From an uncultured Anaerolineaceae bacterium (GTDB lineage: Bacteria; Chloroflexota; Anaerolineae; Anaerolineales; E44-bin32): a DNA stretch of 64,000 bases. Positions 36,053 to 46,183 of the stretch are shown in pieces. Position 1 is the first letter of the stretch; every line of letters starts with the position of its first letter. The stretch covers positions 2,487-66,486 of the forward strand of contig CAYMCO010000004.1 of the NCBI GenBank assembly GCA_964388955.1, read 5' to 3'. A program made the translations under genes and the position numbers. Below the pieces are notes generated by a model. The model had not been told where the DNA came from, ran no database searches, and worked only from the letters and a program-made list of their open reading frames with translations.

Positions 36053-36829
36053 TCAATCCATCACAAACCCCGCGGAGAAATTGACGGCTTGCCCAGTCTC
36101 ATTGTAGTCGTCTGATGCCATGAAGATCGTCATTGCTGCAATCTGGTCGAGACTAACGAGGCTTCGCAGAGGGGAGGCTGCTATCTCCTCCTCGACGACC
36201 TCGGCGTAAGTCGCTCTTCTCGAAGACGCCGTCTCCTTCCACACCTTTTCCATGCGCGCGCCAGGTACAGAACCGGGGCAGATGGCGTTGACGCGGATAT
36301 TGTGGATGCCGACCTCCATGGCCATCGATTGGGTTAGACCCAGCAACCCGAATTTCGAAGCGCAATACGCGGCTCTCATCGGCATCCCTACCTTACCCGC
36401 CACCGACGAGATATTGATGATGGCGCCTCGCCGTCGAGGGATCATTACCTTGAGCACCTCTTTCGAGCAAAGCATCGCCCCCGTGAGATTGACGGACAGT
36501 GTAGACTCCCAGTCCTCCTTCTGAAGATCGACGACCACCGCCGTTGGCCCGGGAATCCCAGCGTTGTTTATTAGAATATCCACTCGCTTGAAACGGTCGA
36601 GAGTCTCGCAAACCATGCGTTCGACCTGATCCTCAGCCGTGACATCGGCGATGATTGGCAGGGCCACGCCGCCCGTGGATTCGATTTCCTCAACCACACC
36701 CATCACCCGCTCCTTGTTCCGGGCGACAACCACCACGCTCGCCCCTTCTTGTGCGAAGCGCAACGATATGGCCCTCCCAATTCCGCTGTTTCCTCCAGTG
36801 ACGATGGTCACTTTGTCTTCGAACCTCAT
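36053..36829 (-). CDS. short-chain dehydrogenase/reductase (classical SDR)
   Basis: TGGNSGIGRAI (TGxxxGIG), NNAG and S...YCASK (YxxxK). ATG 36829 preferred over GTG 36838. Confidence 0.85.
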   Translation of the reverse strand: MRFEDKVTIVTGGNSGIGRAISLRFAQEGASVVVVARNKERVMGVVEEIESTGGVALPIIADVTAEDQVERMVCETLDRFKRVDILINNAGIPGPTAVVVDLQKEDWESTLSVNLTGAMLCSKEVLKVMIPRRRGAIINISSVAGKVGMPMRAAYCASKFGLLGLTQSMAMEVGIHNIRVNAICPGSVPGARMEKVWKETASSRRATYAEVVEEEIAASPLRSLVSLDQIAAMTIFMASDDYNETGQAVNFSAGFVMD

Positions 36830-37108
36830 TGGCCCCACTCCGCTGGAAAAAGAGCTGGAGAAAGAGGGAGCGATGTCTGCTCCAGCCCCAACGAGACACC
36901 ACCCTGTCTATGGAAACAGATGATCGATGTCCTGGAGGCTATCGCCGTGGGATCCGTGACTGCATCCAGCCGTCGCGCAGACGTGCAATGGGCTCGAGCA
37001 TCGTATGGCCTATGGAACGTCCCCTCACATCGCGCCTTCCACTTGCGAAAACCGAATCTGACCCCACGATTGTCCCGGCCCGCAAGGTGGGTGAGCTCAA
37101 TGCGCATC

Positions 37109-38569
37109 TCAACGCAATTCCTCCTGTGCCTCAGACATTATCCGGTCCATCTCTATCGTCTGGCGGCGATCCAGGATCGGCTCCCGGGGCGCTTTCAACA
37201 GCTCCACGACTTTCTCGTGTGCCATCTGGTCGATGCGTTTTGAGCCTTGCTCTTCCCAAATCTTGAGGGGCGACCGGTTCGCCAACAACGGATCGACGTA
37301 TTCTGACCGGAAGTACTTCAATGTGTGATCGTGAGTCAGGTAGTGCCCCTTGGGGCCTACGTCTGCAATGGCGTCGACCCCTAGCGCAAGGGAATCGATC
37401 TCGAATCCTTTGCCAATCCTCGAGAGCCTTCGGTGCAGCTGCGCATCGAGGACCAACTGCTCCAGACTTGAGGCGGCACTGGAACTGAGGCTTCCGGCGC
37501 CGGCGAGAATATTCGCCCCGCACAGATGGCCGATTTGCGCCATCATGACTTTCTCGATCGCTGCCTGTTCATCGCAAGCGTGGGAGTCACATGCCATCCC
37601 CTTGGCAACGACTGGCAGTCCGTAGTGCTTTCCCAGCTCAATTAGCGCATGAGACATCAGGATGTTTTCCGGTGCGCCGTGGATCGCGTGTCCCGTCTTC
37701 ATGTCGAAGACCATGGGCCGGGGCGAATAGAAGACTCGAGACTGCGGATAGAGCGTGCGACAGATGAGGAGCCCGGCCAGAACCTCGGCATTCGCCGCCA
37801 CCACGGCGCCCGCCACAGTGACAGGGAGGGTGGCGCCGGCGAGCCCGGAGGAGTTGATCTCCACTGGCATGTTGTGCCGGCCGGCCTCCAGCACAACCTT
37901 GAGCTGATCCTCAGAAAAGTGGAGAGGGCTGGATACTGAGGCCAGGATGATCACTCGCGGTCCGGCCCTCTCAGATGCAGCAGACAGCATCCGGCTCAGC
38001 CAGGGCACAGATCTGCTCGACATCGGGTTGATCATTATTGGCTTACGAGTGTTTTCCAGCGCCATGCGGAGCGCCCACAGGTCTTGCATGGGGGCGGGGA
38101 CGTCGGAAGGGCAAAGACATCCCACAATTTCGATTTCATCGAGGCAATCCGCTATGCGCACCCAACCCCTGATATCCTCAATCGTGGACGGTCTCGTCTG
38201 ATCTCCCGGTGCGCAAGAAACCAGGCGAGCTCCCCCCAGGGTGCGGCAACTGATCTGTCCCGAGGAGCCGATATGAACGTCCTGCCCGGCGCCGAGCCCA
38301 CGAAGGACGAAAGGGTCCGGTGGTGATCCCGTAAAATCCATAAGCGTGGAGGTGGGGAAGCACACAGCGTGATTACCCTTGTTGGTGAATCCACCGACGC
38401 TCCCGAGGCGCTGCCGGACTTCCTCATTCTCAACAATCAGACCTACTTCATTGAGAACCTTGAAAGACGCCATCGTGAATTCTTCGACTGTCTCATCGCT
38501 CAACAACGGCTGAAACGTGGGAAGCGCACCAATCGGATGAGTGCTGTTTCGAGACATTTCGAGTTCCAT
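37109..38569 (-). CDS. MttB-superfamily (trimethylamine methyltransferase family) homolog without pyrrolysine codon
   Basis: Full-length family pattern as I recall it: FKVLNEVGLIV, SLEQLVLDAQL and ALGVDAIADVGPKGHYLTHDHT. GGAGG lies ~6 nt upstream of ATG 38569. No in-frame TAG. Confidence 0.78.
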   Translation of the reverse strand: MELEMSRNSTHPIGALPTFQPLLSDETVEEFTMASFKVLNEVGLIVENEEVRQRLGSVGGFTNKGNHAVCFPTSTLMDFTGSPPDPFVLRGLGAGQDVHIGSSGQISCRTLGGARLVSCAPGDQTRPSTIEDIRGWVRIADCLDEIEIVGCLCPSDVPAPMQDLWALRMALENTRKPIMINPMSSRSVPWLSRMLSAASERAGPRVIILASVSSPLHFSEDQLKVVLEAGRHNMPVEINSSGLAGATLPVTVAGAVVAANAEVLAGLLICRTLYPQSRVFYSPRPMVFDMKTGHAIHGAPENILMSHALIELGKHYGLPVVAKGMACDSHACDEQAAIEKVMMAQIGHLCGANILAGAGSLSSSAASSLEQLVLDAQLHRRLSRIGKGFEIDSLALGVDAIADVGPKGHYLTHDHTLKYFRSEYVDPLLANRSPLKIWEEQGSKRIDQMAHEKVVELLKAPREPILDRRQTIEMDRIMSEAQEELR

Positions 38570-38760
38570 CGGGCCTCCACGATATGTGGCTATTCCCACT
38601 CTTACCCAGCAGGAGGATGCCCCTACATATACTCTTCGTCAGGGGGGCATAGTGAGGCACCATGTGGCCTATGCCGAGGACGATCAGCGATGGCCGGCCA
38701 TTCTGTCGTGCTATGCCGGTGCATCGCCCCCGGCTTCCAAGCAGTTAATTGCTTTCGCTC

Positions 38761-40551
38761 TCATAGGGTCGGCGTGCTCTGCAACAACCTGAGTGTGTAT
38801 TGTTGTTTGGGCTCTGTGAAAACGCTTGTAAAATCACCCGACTCCACGACCAGACCGTCCTTCATGACGATTACCCGGTCGGCGATTGAGGATGCCAGCG
38901 CGAGATTGTGAGTTATGAACAGCAGGGTGAGATCGAATTCCCTTTGTAGGCTCCGCAGTAGTTCAATGATGGAGGCTTGGACTGATACGTCCAGTGCCGA
39001 TGTGATCTCGTCGCATATGAGAAGCTTCGGCTCGGCTGTCAGCGCGCGGGCAATGGCTACACGTTGTTTCTCTCCGCCGCTCAGTTGGTCGGGATAGCTG
39101 TCCATAAACCAGGTGGCCATCCTCATCTTGGAAAGAAACTCGGCTGTCTTCTCGCGGGCCGACTTCTTGTCCATGCCGTAGAACAGTTCCAGCGGCCTGC
39201 CGATGATTTGTCTCACCGTTTGTCTTGGGTTGAGCGACCCATCAGGGTTCTGAAAAACGATCTGAATGATGCGCCGGCACCTCTTCGATCGCTGCCCGGC
39301 CTGCAAGGGGAGGTTCTCGCCGAGAAGGTCGATCTGGCCATCAGCCTTCTTGTGCAATCCGGCTAGGCACCGGGCCGTCGTCGTCTTGCCACTCCCCGAT
39401 TCACCGACCAGTGCGAGACACTCACCCCCAAACATGTTAAAGCTGAGGCTCCGAATGACTTGTTGGCGACCGAACCACGCATCGAGATTCCGGACACTCA
39501 ACAGCGGCTTACTTCTATGCGCGGCCAGCGAGAGGGAGTGCCCGGAATCAACTTTGCTTTCCTCTTCGTACAGCCAATTGGCACGATAGCACTTCGATCG
39601 GTGGCCGGGAGCGACTTCGACAGGGGGAGGGAAGGTCTGATAGCATTCGTCAATGGCAAATCTGCACCTCGGGGAGAAGAAGCACCCTCGAGGTCGGTCG
39701 TGCAGGGCGACGGCATGTCCCGGAATTCCTCTGAGAATCCGTCTCGCCGTGATAGAGGGAATAGCTCGAAGTAGCTCTCGGGTGTATGGATGGGAAGGCT
39801 TCTGGAAGAGAGATTCCTCCGAAGCATATTCGACGATGCGTCCTCCGTACATGACCGCAACGTAATCTGCCAGATCGGCGATAACCGCCAAATCATGCGT
39901 CACATAGAGGGCGCTTGCATTGTAAATGCGGCAGAGGGATCGGATTGTGTCGAGAATGTGCGCCTGGGTGGTCACATCCAATCCCGTGGTAGGCTCATCA
40001 AGTACGATGACCTTCGGCCGGCAAGCGAATGCCATGGCGAGCAACACACGCTGCTGCTGTCCTCCGGAAAGTTGGTGTGGATAGCGTCGAAGGAAAGGCG
40101 GTTCGGGCGGCAGCTTCACCTCGGCGAGGACCTCGTGCATTCGCTCTTCGCGTTTGCTCGGCGCAAGATTCCTCAAATGGGAGCTCATTGTCTCCTGGAG
40201 TTGCAGCCCGATCCGCAGAGCGGGATTGAGGGCCATGGAAGGATCCTGCGGCATGTACGAGATGAGCCGGCCCCGGATTTCTCTCAGTTCGCGACGGGAC
40301 AACTGCAAGACTCGTCTCCCGGCGATAATCACTTCGCCTTCGGCAATCCTAGCGCCCTTCCGCGTGTGCCCGAGAAGCGCCATCGCTGCCGTTGTCTTTC
40401 CAGACCCGGACTCACCCACCAATCCCAACACATTCCCTTCAGGAATGTGCATTGAGACACTGTCGATAATGTCAACCCCGGATCCCGACAGCTCGACCCT
40501 CAGGTTCTCGGCTACGACGGTCATTCCCCTGCCACCTGTTGGTCTGGTCAT
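38761..40551 (-). CDS. ABC transporter ATP-binding protein, fused double NBD (DppD/DppF-like)
   Basis: Two Walker A motifs (GESGSGKTT, twice), signatures LSGGQQQRV and LSGGEKQRV, and Walker B VLDEPT and ICDEIT. ATGA overlap with the upstream permease stop. The ORF-track start 40962 is rejected. Confidence 0.88.
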   Translation of the reverse strand: MTRPTGGRGMTVVAENLRVELSGSGVDIIDSVSMHIPEGNVLGLVGESGSGKTTAAMALLGHTRKGARIAEGEVIIAGRRVLQLSRRELREIRGRLISYMPQDPSMALNPALRIGLQLQETMSSHLRNLAPSKREERMHEVLAEVKLPPEPPFLRRYPHQLSGGQQQRVLLAMAFACRPKVIVLDEPTTGLDVTTQAHILDTIRSLCRIYNASALYVTHDLAVIADLADYVAVMYGGRIVEYASEESLFQKPSHPYTRELLRAIPSITARRILRGIPGHAVALHDRPRGCFFSPRCRFAIDECYQTFPPPVEVAPGHRSKCYRANWLYEEESKVDSGHSLSLAAHRSKPLLSVRNLDAWFGRQQVIRSLSFNMFGGECLALVGESGSGKTTTARCLAGLHKKADGQIDLLGENLPLQAGQRSKRCRRIIQIVFQNPDGSLNPRQTVRQIIGRPLELFYGMDKKSAREKTAEFLSKMRMATWFMDSYPDQLSGGEKQRVAIARALTAEPKLLICDEITSALDVSVQASIIELLRSLQREFDLTLLFITHNLALASSIADRVIVMKDGLVVESGDFTSVFTEPKQQYTLRLLQSTPTL

Positions 40552-41447
40552 TCGATTCTCGCCAGTGCGCGTGCAACTCCATCGGTGATCATGTTCGTGC
40601 CGATGGTCAACAGAGCGATCGCCAGGATCGGCCCCGCGATAACAGATGGTTGCACACGGAGGCCAGTTCTGTTCTCGTTGATCATCAGACCCCAATCTGC
40701 GGCAGGAGGCTGCAATCCGAAGCCCAGGAAACTCAGCGATGCGATTATGGCGATGGAGAACGTCAATCGGAGGCCCGCTTCGACCATAAGTGGGCCGGTT
40801 ACATTGGGAAGGATCTCCCTGACCAATATCCAGGTCATTTTCTCCCCGCGCGCTTCGGCCGCCTCCACATAGCTCTGGACGGCCACCCCGAGAGTTGCGG
40901 CTCGAATGACTCGAGCGACCTTGGGAATATGGGTCACCGCAACGGCGAGAACCAGCAGCCACAACTGTGGGCCCAGGGTGGTTATGAAGAGAAGGGTAAA
41001 GACAATAGATGGAAGTGAGAGAACTGTATCCATCAGAAACATCAGCAGATCATCCAGCCAGTTCCTGAAGTAACCCGCGGCAAGGCCCACAGTTGTCCCC
41101 CCCAATACGCCCAAGACTGTGGCCAGAGTCGACAGGCCGAGTATTGACCAGCCGCCCCACAGAAATCGAGACAGCGCATCTCTACCCAGGTAATCTGTGC
41201 CGAGCAGAGAGGTGCTGGAAGGTGAGGTATATGGGCTGTTGACGAATTCAGTCGGTGAGTAGGGCGAAAAGAATGGGCCGAAAACCGCGATGATCACCAG
41301 CGTACCGGTGATGGCGATCCCTACCTGAGTTGAGCGGATGGAAAGAGCCCGCCGCAGCACCGTTTCTTCGCTGCTGGAGGGCGAAGAAGAAAGCGTCTCT
41401 CCAGCCGAGTCCCCTTTCCCTGCTTCTGCCCCAGCAATCATCTGCAA
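40548..41447 (-). CDS. ABC transporter permease (DppC/OppC-like)
   Basis: Six TM helices and the EAA-type loop VEAAEARGEKMTWILVREILPN. Confidence 0.85.
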   Translation of the reverse strand: MQMIAGAEAGKGDSAGETLSSSPSSSEETVLRRALSIRSTQVGIAITGTLVIIAVFGPFFSPYSPTEFVNSPYTSPSSTSLLGTDYLGRDALSRFLWGGWSILGLSTLATVLGVLGGTTVGLAAGYFRNWLDDLLMFLMDTVLSLPSIVFTLLFITTLGPQLWLLVLAVAVTHIPKVARVIRAATLGVAVQSYVEAAEARGEKMTWILVREILPNVTGPLMVEAGLRLTFSIAIIASLSFLGFGLQPPAADWGLMINENRTGLRVQPSVIAGPILAIALLTIGTNMITDGVARALARIE

Positions 41448-42392
41448 CTAGGCCCTCAGCTTTGGTGTGAGAAGTATGGCTGAAATATCGGCAAGCAGAT
41501 TCATGAATATGTACACAAGCGCGATAAACAGCGACAGTGCCTGCACCAGCGGGACATCCCGCAGTGCCACTGCGTCGATTAGCGCCTGGCCGACACCGGG
41601 ATAGCGGAATACATATTCAACCACGACGATGCCTCCCGCCATCCATGCGATATTGAGCGCCACAACCTGTATGGTGGGGACAATGGCATTTGGCAGTGCA
41701 TGTCGAAGGTAGACGGTTGGGTCCTGCAGGCCTTTCAACCAGGCCATCTGTATGTATTCACTATCCAGCACTTCCAGCATGGAGGCGCGAAGCATCCGCC
41801 CAATATATGGGGAGGTTGCCAGCACCAGAGTGGCAATTGGAAGCACATAAATCCCTACCCGAGCCCACCCCGTGTCGCCCGGCAGCAGCAGGGATGTCGG
41901 CGGAAACAATCGGAATATGACTGTAGCGAAAACGAAAATCAAGATCATGCCAAGTACAAAGACGGGTAGCGCCACCAGGGTCAGCGTGGCTGTGCTTACG
42001 GCATGATCCAAGAGCCGACCGCGCCAGACTGCGCTGAGGATCCCCAGCGCGATGCCAAGAGGGATTGCGACTATGGATGCGAAAGTGAGCAAGATCAATG
42101 AATTGGAGATGCGCGATCCCAGAACTTCTGCGACAGGCTTGCCGGAAGCCAGTGAAACTCCCAGATCCCCAGATAACAACGATGTGACCCACTTCTGGTA
42201 TTGTACGGGGGGCGGGTCATTCAGGTTGAGCCGGTCACGCAGTATTTCCAATCTCTCCGGCGTGGCGTCGCGGCCCAAAATGGCCTGTGCCGCGTCGCCT
42301 GGCAGGATTTGCGTGGCCGAGAATACCACGATCGATAACAGGATGAGGGTACCAAGTGCCCGGATGATCCTTTTGGCCAGTAGTTCTAACAT
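41448..42392 (-). CDS. ABC transporter permease (DppB/OppB-like)
   Basis: Six TM helices and the loop YIQMAWLKGLQDPTVYLRHALPNA. Its stop abuts the downstream permease start. Confidence 0.85.
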   Translation of the reverse strand: MLELLAKRIIRALGTLILLSIVVFSATQILPGDAAQAILGRDATPERLEILRDRLNLNDPPPVQYQKWVTSLLSGDLGVSLASGKPVAEVLGSRISNSLILLTFASIVAIPLGIALGILSAVWRGRLLDHAVSTATLTLVALPVFVLGMILIFVFATVIFRLFPPTSLLLPGDTGWARVGIYVLPIATLVLATSPYIGRMLRASMLEVLDSEYIQMAWLKGLQDPTVYLRHALPNAIVPTIQVVALNIAWMAGGIVVVEYVFRYPGVGQALIDAVALRDVPLVQALSLFIALVYIFMNLLADISAILLTPKLRA

Positions 42393-42575
42393 CCAGCTCC
42401 ATTAGTGAGTCGGCTTCTCAGCTCGATCAGGCCGACGAAAGGCGTGACATTCGCATGATGTCTGCATACACTAGCGGCATAGGACTCAATATTGTGCCCC
42501 ATCCAGAGTATTCTAATCCGATTGGCCACGGAAGGGCAGCTATCCAGCTGCCCTTCCGTCCGATCCTTCGCGGCA

Positions 42576-44180
42576 CTAGACGAACCGAGCCTCGCGAAAT
42601 CGATAGGATGTCAGGCTGATTCCCGATTTGTCTGGAATGAAACCCTCCAGGTTGGAAGAATAGGCATCGACGTTGTTCTTGAAGCCCCAGATGATGTACC
42701 CGCCGCTCTCATAGAGTATTTTCTGCGCTTCGTGCAAGGGGTCACAGCGCTTGGACCTGTCCACCGTGCTTCGTGCATCTTCGAGCAGGCCATTGAAAGT
42801 GGGGTCATCGAAATGGGTCTCGTTGAACGGAGCACCGGTCACCATGCACTGGAAAGACTGTGGAATGATGTTCCGCGTAAACCAGAAGCTGGTGGAAAAG
42901 GCATATTTCAAGTAGTAGTCGCTCCAGAATTCACTCGAAGGCACCTTTCTGAGGACCACATTCAGGCCGGCGCCCTTTGCCTGTTCGGCAAACACCTCAC
43001 AGGCCTCGACCATACCACCCGAAGCCGGGGAGGTCACCAGGGTCACCTCTGAAACGCCCGCAGATTTCAAGAGTGATTTGGCCTCATTGAGATCTTGCCC
43101 ACGTTGTGGCAGGTCGGAAGCGTAGCAGGGGTCCCAGGGGGAATAGAGGTCATTCCCGATCCATCCCTGGCCGGACAGCGCCTGGTCAATCATCTGTTGC
43201 CGGTCAACGATCAAGCGGCATGCCTGACGGACCCGGACATCATCAAATGGCTCCATATCCACGGCCATGAGGATGGGAACCCAGCCCCCGCCTTTGGATA
43301 CCAGCACCTCGAGAGACGAGTCCTGCTCAGTTGCTGCTATTTCTCCAAAGGGAAGCGAATTGATGGCCTGGACTTGGCCGCCGACAAGCGCGTTGACCCG
43401 TGCGGTATCGTCCTGGAAGCCAATGATGACGACCTCGTCGACATATGGCTGGCCGTCTCTCCAGTAGTTTTCGTGCCGCGGAAATACACTCTGCTGCCCA
43501 GGTGTAAAGCTGCTGTACTTGAACGGGCCCGTGCCAACGGGGGACGATGGATCATATCCCTCGGGCACTATGACGTTGTGGCGCTGAGCCAATTGGTCAT
43601 CGAACACGGCGGAGGGTTCGTCGAGAGCAAACTTGACCGTCCGGTCATCGACTTTGGTAATGCCCTCCGGACTCAGATTGCTCAGGATCTTGGCTCCCGA
43701 CGTTGGGTCGTCCGGATCGATAATCCTTCGGAATGACCAGACCACGTCGTCGGCTGTCAGGATCTTCCCATTGTGGAATTCGATGCCTTCTTTGAGCCGG
43801 ACGACCCATTCATCTGCCGAATCATTGGGTGTCAATTCCTCGGCGAGGACATTCTCGATCTGGTAATCGGTATCGTAAGCGACGAGGCCCTCGTAGAGCT
43901 GCTTGTTCCGGGCGATATCGATCTCGGAAGTGGCTCTGTGAGCATCGAGAGTGTCCTTTTCCGAACCGCCCGAAATGCCTACCAGCAGCCTCCCGCCGCG
44001 GCTGGGTTCGGTTGCTGCTGGCGCCGAGGTCGGCCCTGCCGCCGGTTGACCCCCACAGGCGGCGAGCAACGAGGCTGCGGTGGGCGCCAATCCCAACGCA
44101 CCAGCGATTTTGAAGAACTCCCGACGACTCACCTTCCCCTGTTCGAGGTCTCTTCGAAGATTGCCCACTTGGTCTTTCAT
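42576..44180 (-). CDS. ABC transporter substrate-binding lipoprotein, SBP family 5 (peptide/opine/nickel type), Tat-exported
   Basis: Twin-arginine leader SRREFFK plus lipobox LLAAC. About 500-aa family-5 SBP body. Confidence 0.85.
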   Translation of the reverse strand: MKDQVGNLRRDLEQGKVSRREFFKIAGALGLAPTAASLLAACGGQPAAGPTSAPAATEPSRGGRLLVGISGGSEKDTLDAHRATSEIDIARNKQLYEGLVAYDTDYQIENVLAEELTPNDSADEWVVRLKEGIEFHNGKILTADDVVWSFRRIIDPDDPTSGAKILSNLSPEGITKVDDRTVKFALDEPSAVFDDQLAQRHNVIVPEGYDPSSPVGTGPFKYSSFTPGQQSVFPRHENYWRDGQPYVDEVVIIGFQDDTARVNALVGGQVQAINSLPFGEIAATEQDSSLEVLVSKGGGWVPILMAVDMEPFDDVRVRQACRLIVDRQQMIDQALSGQGWIGNDLYSPWDPCYASDLPQRGQDLNEAKSLLKSAGVSEVTLVTSPASGGMVEACEVFAEQAKGAGLNVVLRKVPSSEFWSDYYLKYAFSTSFWFTRNIIPQSFQCMVTGAPFNETHFDDPTFNGLLEDARSTVDRSKRCDPLHEAQKILYESGGYIIWGFKNNVDAYSSNLEGFIPDKSGISLTSYRFREARFV

Positions 44181-44227
44181 GTCGCCCTCCTCCCAGGCAA
44201 CTATCTGCGCCCCCCTTCAATCTCTTT

Positions 44228-44242
44228 CGATAATCGATTATA
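44228..44242. promoter_or_regulatory. candidate operator 1 (CGATAATCGATTATA, core palindrome ATAATCGATTAT)
   Basis: Exact 15-nt copy of the site at 44378-44392. Lies ~50 nt upstream of the SBP start codon (minus strand). Confidence 0.45.
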
Positions 44243-44340
44243 GATTATTCTATACAAACGTCAACGTGGAGTCAAACATAAATTCCCGACAAGTTGCTCT
44301 CAGGAGAAGGTCTTTCGCATCCCAGCGATGCCAAAGTAAC

Positions 44341-44369
44341 TTGCCATTTGCAGAGCGCAAGGATACAAT
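44341..44369 (+). promoter_or_regulatory. sigma70-like promoter candidate for the GntR gene/plus arm
   Basis: TTGCCA (44341-44346), a 17-nt spacer, then TACAAT (44364-44369). Confidence 0.45.
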
Positions 44370-44377
44370 GATGAAAA

Positions 44378-44392
44378 CGATAATCGATTATA
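44378..44392. promoter_or_regulatory. candidate operator 2 (CGATAATCGATTATA)
   Basis: Second exact copy, located between the -10 element and the AGGAG/ATG of the GntR gene. Confidence 0.45.
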
Positions 44393-44398
44393 GGAGCT

Positions 44399-45124
44399 AT
44401 GATGACGCACCCAATCCCAACGCCGCCATTGCTCAGCGAGCAAGCGTATATGGTGCTACGTGAAGCGATCATTCGTGGCGAAATGAACCCAGGGGAAAGG
44501 ATTGTGGAAACGGTCCTCGCTGGGGAATTGAACATGAGCCAGGCCCCTGTGCGAGAAGCCTTGCGAAGGTTGGAGGAGGAGGGGCTGGTTGAGAACCGGC
44601 CGCGCAGAGGCAGCTTTGTGGCCAAGATCGATGCAAAGGATCTCCAGGAGATCATGGCCGTTAGGGCGGTCCTGGAGGGGCTTGCCGCCAGAGAGGTCGC
44701 TGAACATGGGATCGTTGAATGCATGGATGCCTTACAGGACCTGATGGACGGAATGAGGCAAGATGCAGCAAACAGTGATTTGAAAGCGTTGACTGCCAAA
44801 GACTACGAGTACCACGATGTATTGTGTAGATTGTGCCAGAACCGGACCCTTTACAGGCATTGGTCGATTATCCATGCCAGAATCCGCTTCTACTTGAATT
44901 TCGCGAACATCTCTTATCCCTACCCGGTGGAAATCGCAGAAGGGCATCAGCCGCTCATAGATGCCATGCAGCATCGCAATCCGGATCTGGCGGAGAGGCG
45001 AGCCAGGATTCATGTGCACGAATCCTATTACAAGCAGATCGAACCGATGCTTACTCCCAAAGATGAACGGGATGGGGGGAAGAGGGGAGAGATAATGGAG
45101 GTGGGTGAGAGAAGCCTGAGATAA
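44399..45124 (+). CDS. GntR-family transcriptional regulator (FadR/FCD subfamily)
   Basis: Winged HTH YMVLREAIIRGEMNPGERIVETVLAGELNMSQAPVREALRRLEEEGLV plus a helical FCD-like C-terminal domain. Confidence 0.85.
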   Translation: MMTHPIPTPPLLSEQAYMVLREAIIRGEMNPGERIVETVLAGELNMSQAPVREALRRLEEEGLVENRPRRGSFVAKIDAKDLQEIMAVRAVLEGLAAREVAEHGIVECMDALQDLMDGMRQDAANSDLKALTAKDYEYHDVLCRLCQNRTLYRHWSIIHARIRFYLNFANISYPYPVEIAEGHQPLIDAMQHRNPDLAERRARIHVHESYYKQIEPMLTPKDERDGGKRGEIMEVGERSLR

Positions 45125-45328
45125 TTCTGAACGGCTGAGGGGTGTCCGAGAATGCCCGTCGGGGACGGCGGATTTCGCCCTATGCAGTCCACTTCTATTC
45201 GCTCGAAGCCCATGGAACTCGATTGGCTGGCCAGCATCCGAGGATGAGCAAGGGCTGGGGCCGGTGGATATGCACCTAAGAAGGCTCCCAGCATTGGCTG
45301 CAGGGAATCCATTTGGGCCCAGGGATGG

Positions 45329-45360
45329 GAACGACATCCCCATTGGATGTCGTTTCTTTC
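45329..45360 (+). terminator. hairpin + T-rich tract (intrinsic terminator candidate)
   Basis: AACGACATCC-CCATT-GGATGTCGTT (10-bp perfect stem) followed by TCTTTC. Lies between the GntR and crotonase genes. Confidence 0.4.
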
Positions 45361-45406
45361 AAATCGACCAAGATTTCCGTAACGCGAGAGATGAAAGGAC
45401 GAGCCG

Positions 45407-46183
45407 ATGAATCAGACGAGAAATCCGGTGCTCTATGAAAGGAAAGGCCCCAGCGCTTGGATATGGTTCGACCGTGATGAAAAGCGGAATGCGTGGACAC
45501 CTGAATTAGTCGAGCAGTTTCAGGATTGTCTCGAGGAGGCAGACAACGATCCCGAGGTGAGATGCGTCGTGGTGAGCGGGAAGGGCAAGTGTTTTTGCGC
45601 TGGAATGGATCTGGCCGTAGCCCAAGATCTAGATCTGAGTGGATACCGTGAATACTACCGGAAATATGAGAATCTAAGGGAGACCATCAAGTGGGTTTCG
45701 AAGCCGGTCATTGCTCGCATAAACGGCGATGCCTATGGTGACGGCGTGGCGATTCTGGAATGCTTTGACATCATAGTCGCCGTGGCGGAAGCCCGATTCG
45801 GTTTGCGTGAAATCAACGCGGGATTGGGCGCCGGAGGGCTGCTTTTCTTTGACATCAGCCGGACCAGAGCCCTTGAATTGTGCATTACAGGCCGCACATT
45901 CAGCGGAACCGAAGGAGAGAACTGGGGTCTGATTACAAAGGCAGTCGCCCCGGACCAGCTTGACGAATGCGTGGAGGAATACATAGAGATATTCAGCAAG
46001 CTGCCGCCCGTCGCGGTTTCATATACGAAGAGGGTGGCCAACATGGTCCTCAGCATCGCCGGTCAGGATGCGGCCCGGAAGGTCATGCGGGAACTGCAGA
46101 TCAACACGTTTGACACCAAGGACCGGGAGGAGGCCATGCTCGCTTTCTTGGAAAAGCGAAAGCCGGTCTTCAAGGGGGGATAA
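45407..46183 (+). CDS. enoyl-CoA hydratase/isomerase family protein (crotonase fold, CaiD-like)
   Basis: VVVSGKGKCFCAGMDL oxyanion-hole region and overall crotonase length (258 aa). Confidence 0.85.
   Translation: MNQTRNPVLYERKGPSAWIWFDRDEKRNAWTPELVEQFQDCLEEADNDPEVRCVVVSGKGKCFCAGMDLAVAQDLDLSGYREYYRKYENLRETIKWVSKPVIARINGDAYGDGVAILECFDIIVAVAEARFGLREINAGLGAGGLLFFDISRTRALELCITGRTFSGTEGENWGLITKAVAPDQLDECVEEYIEIFSKLPPVAVSYTKRVANMVLSIAGQDAARKVMRELQINTFDTKDREEAMLAFLEKRKPVFKGG

Noticed and set aside
44080-44463. 127-aa plus-strand ORF spanning the SBP 5' end and the divergent control region
   Set aside because: It overlaps the SBP signal-peptide coding region antisense and crosses the AT-rich promoter/operator region. 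The GntR ATG at 44399 with AGGAG is the credible start there.
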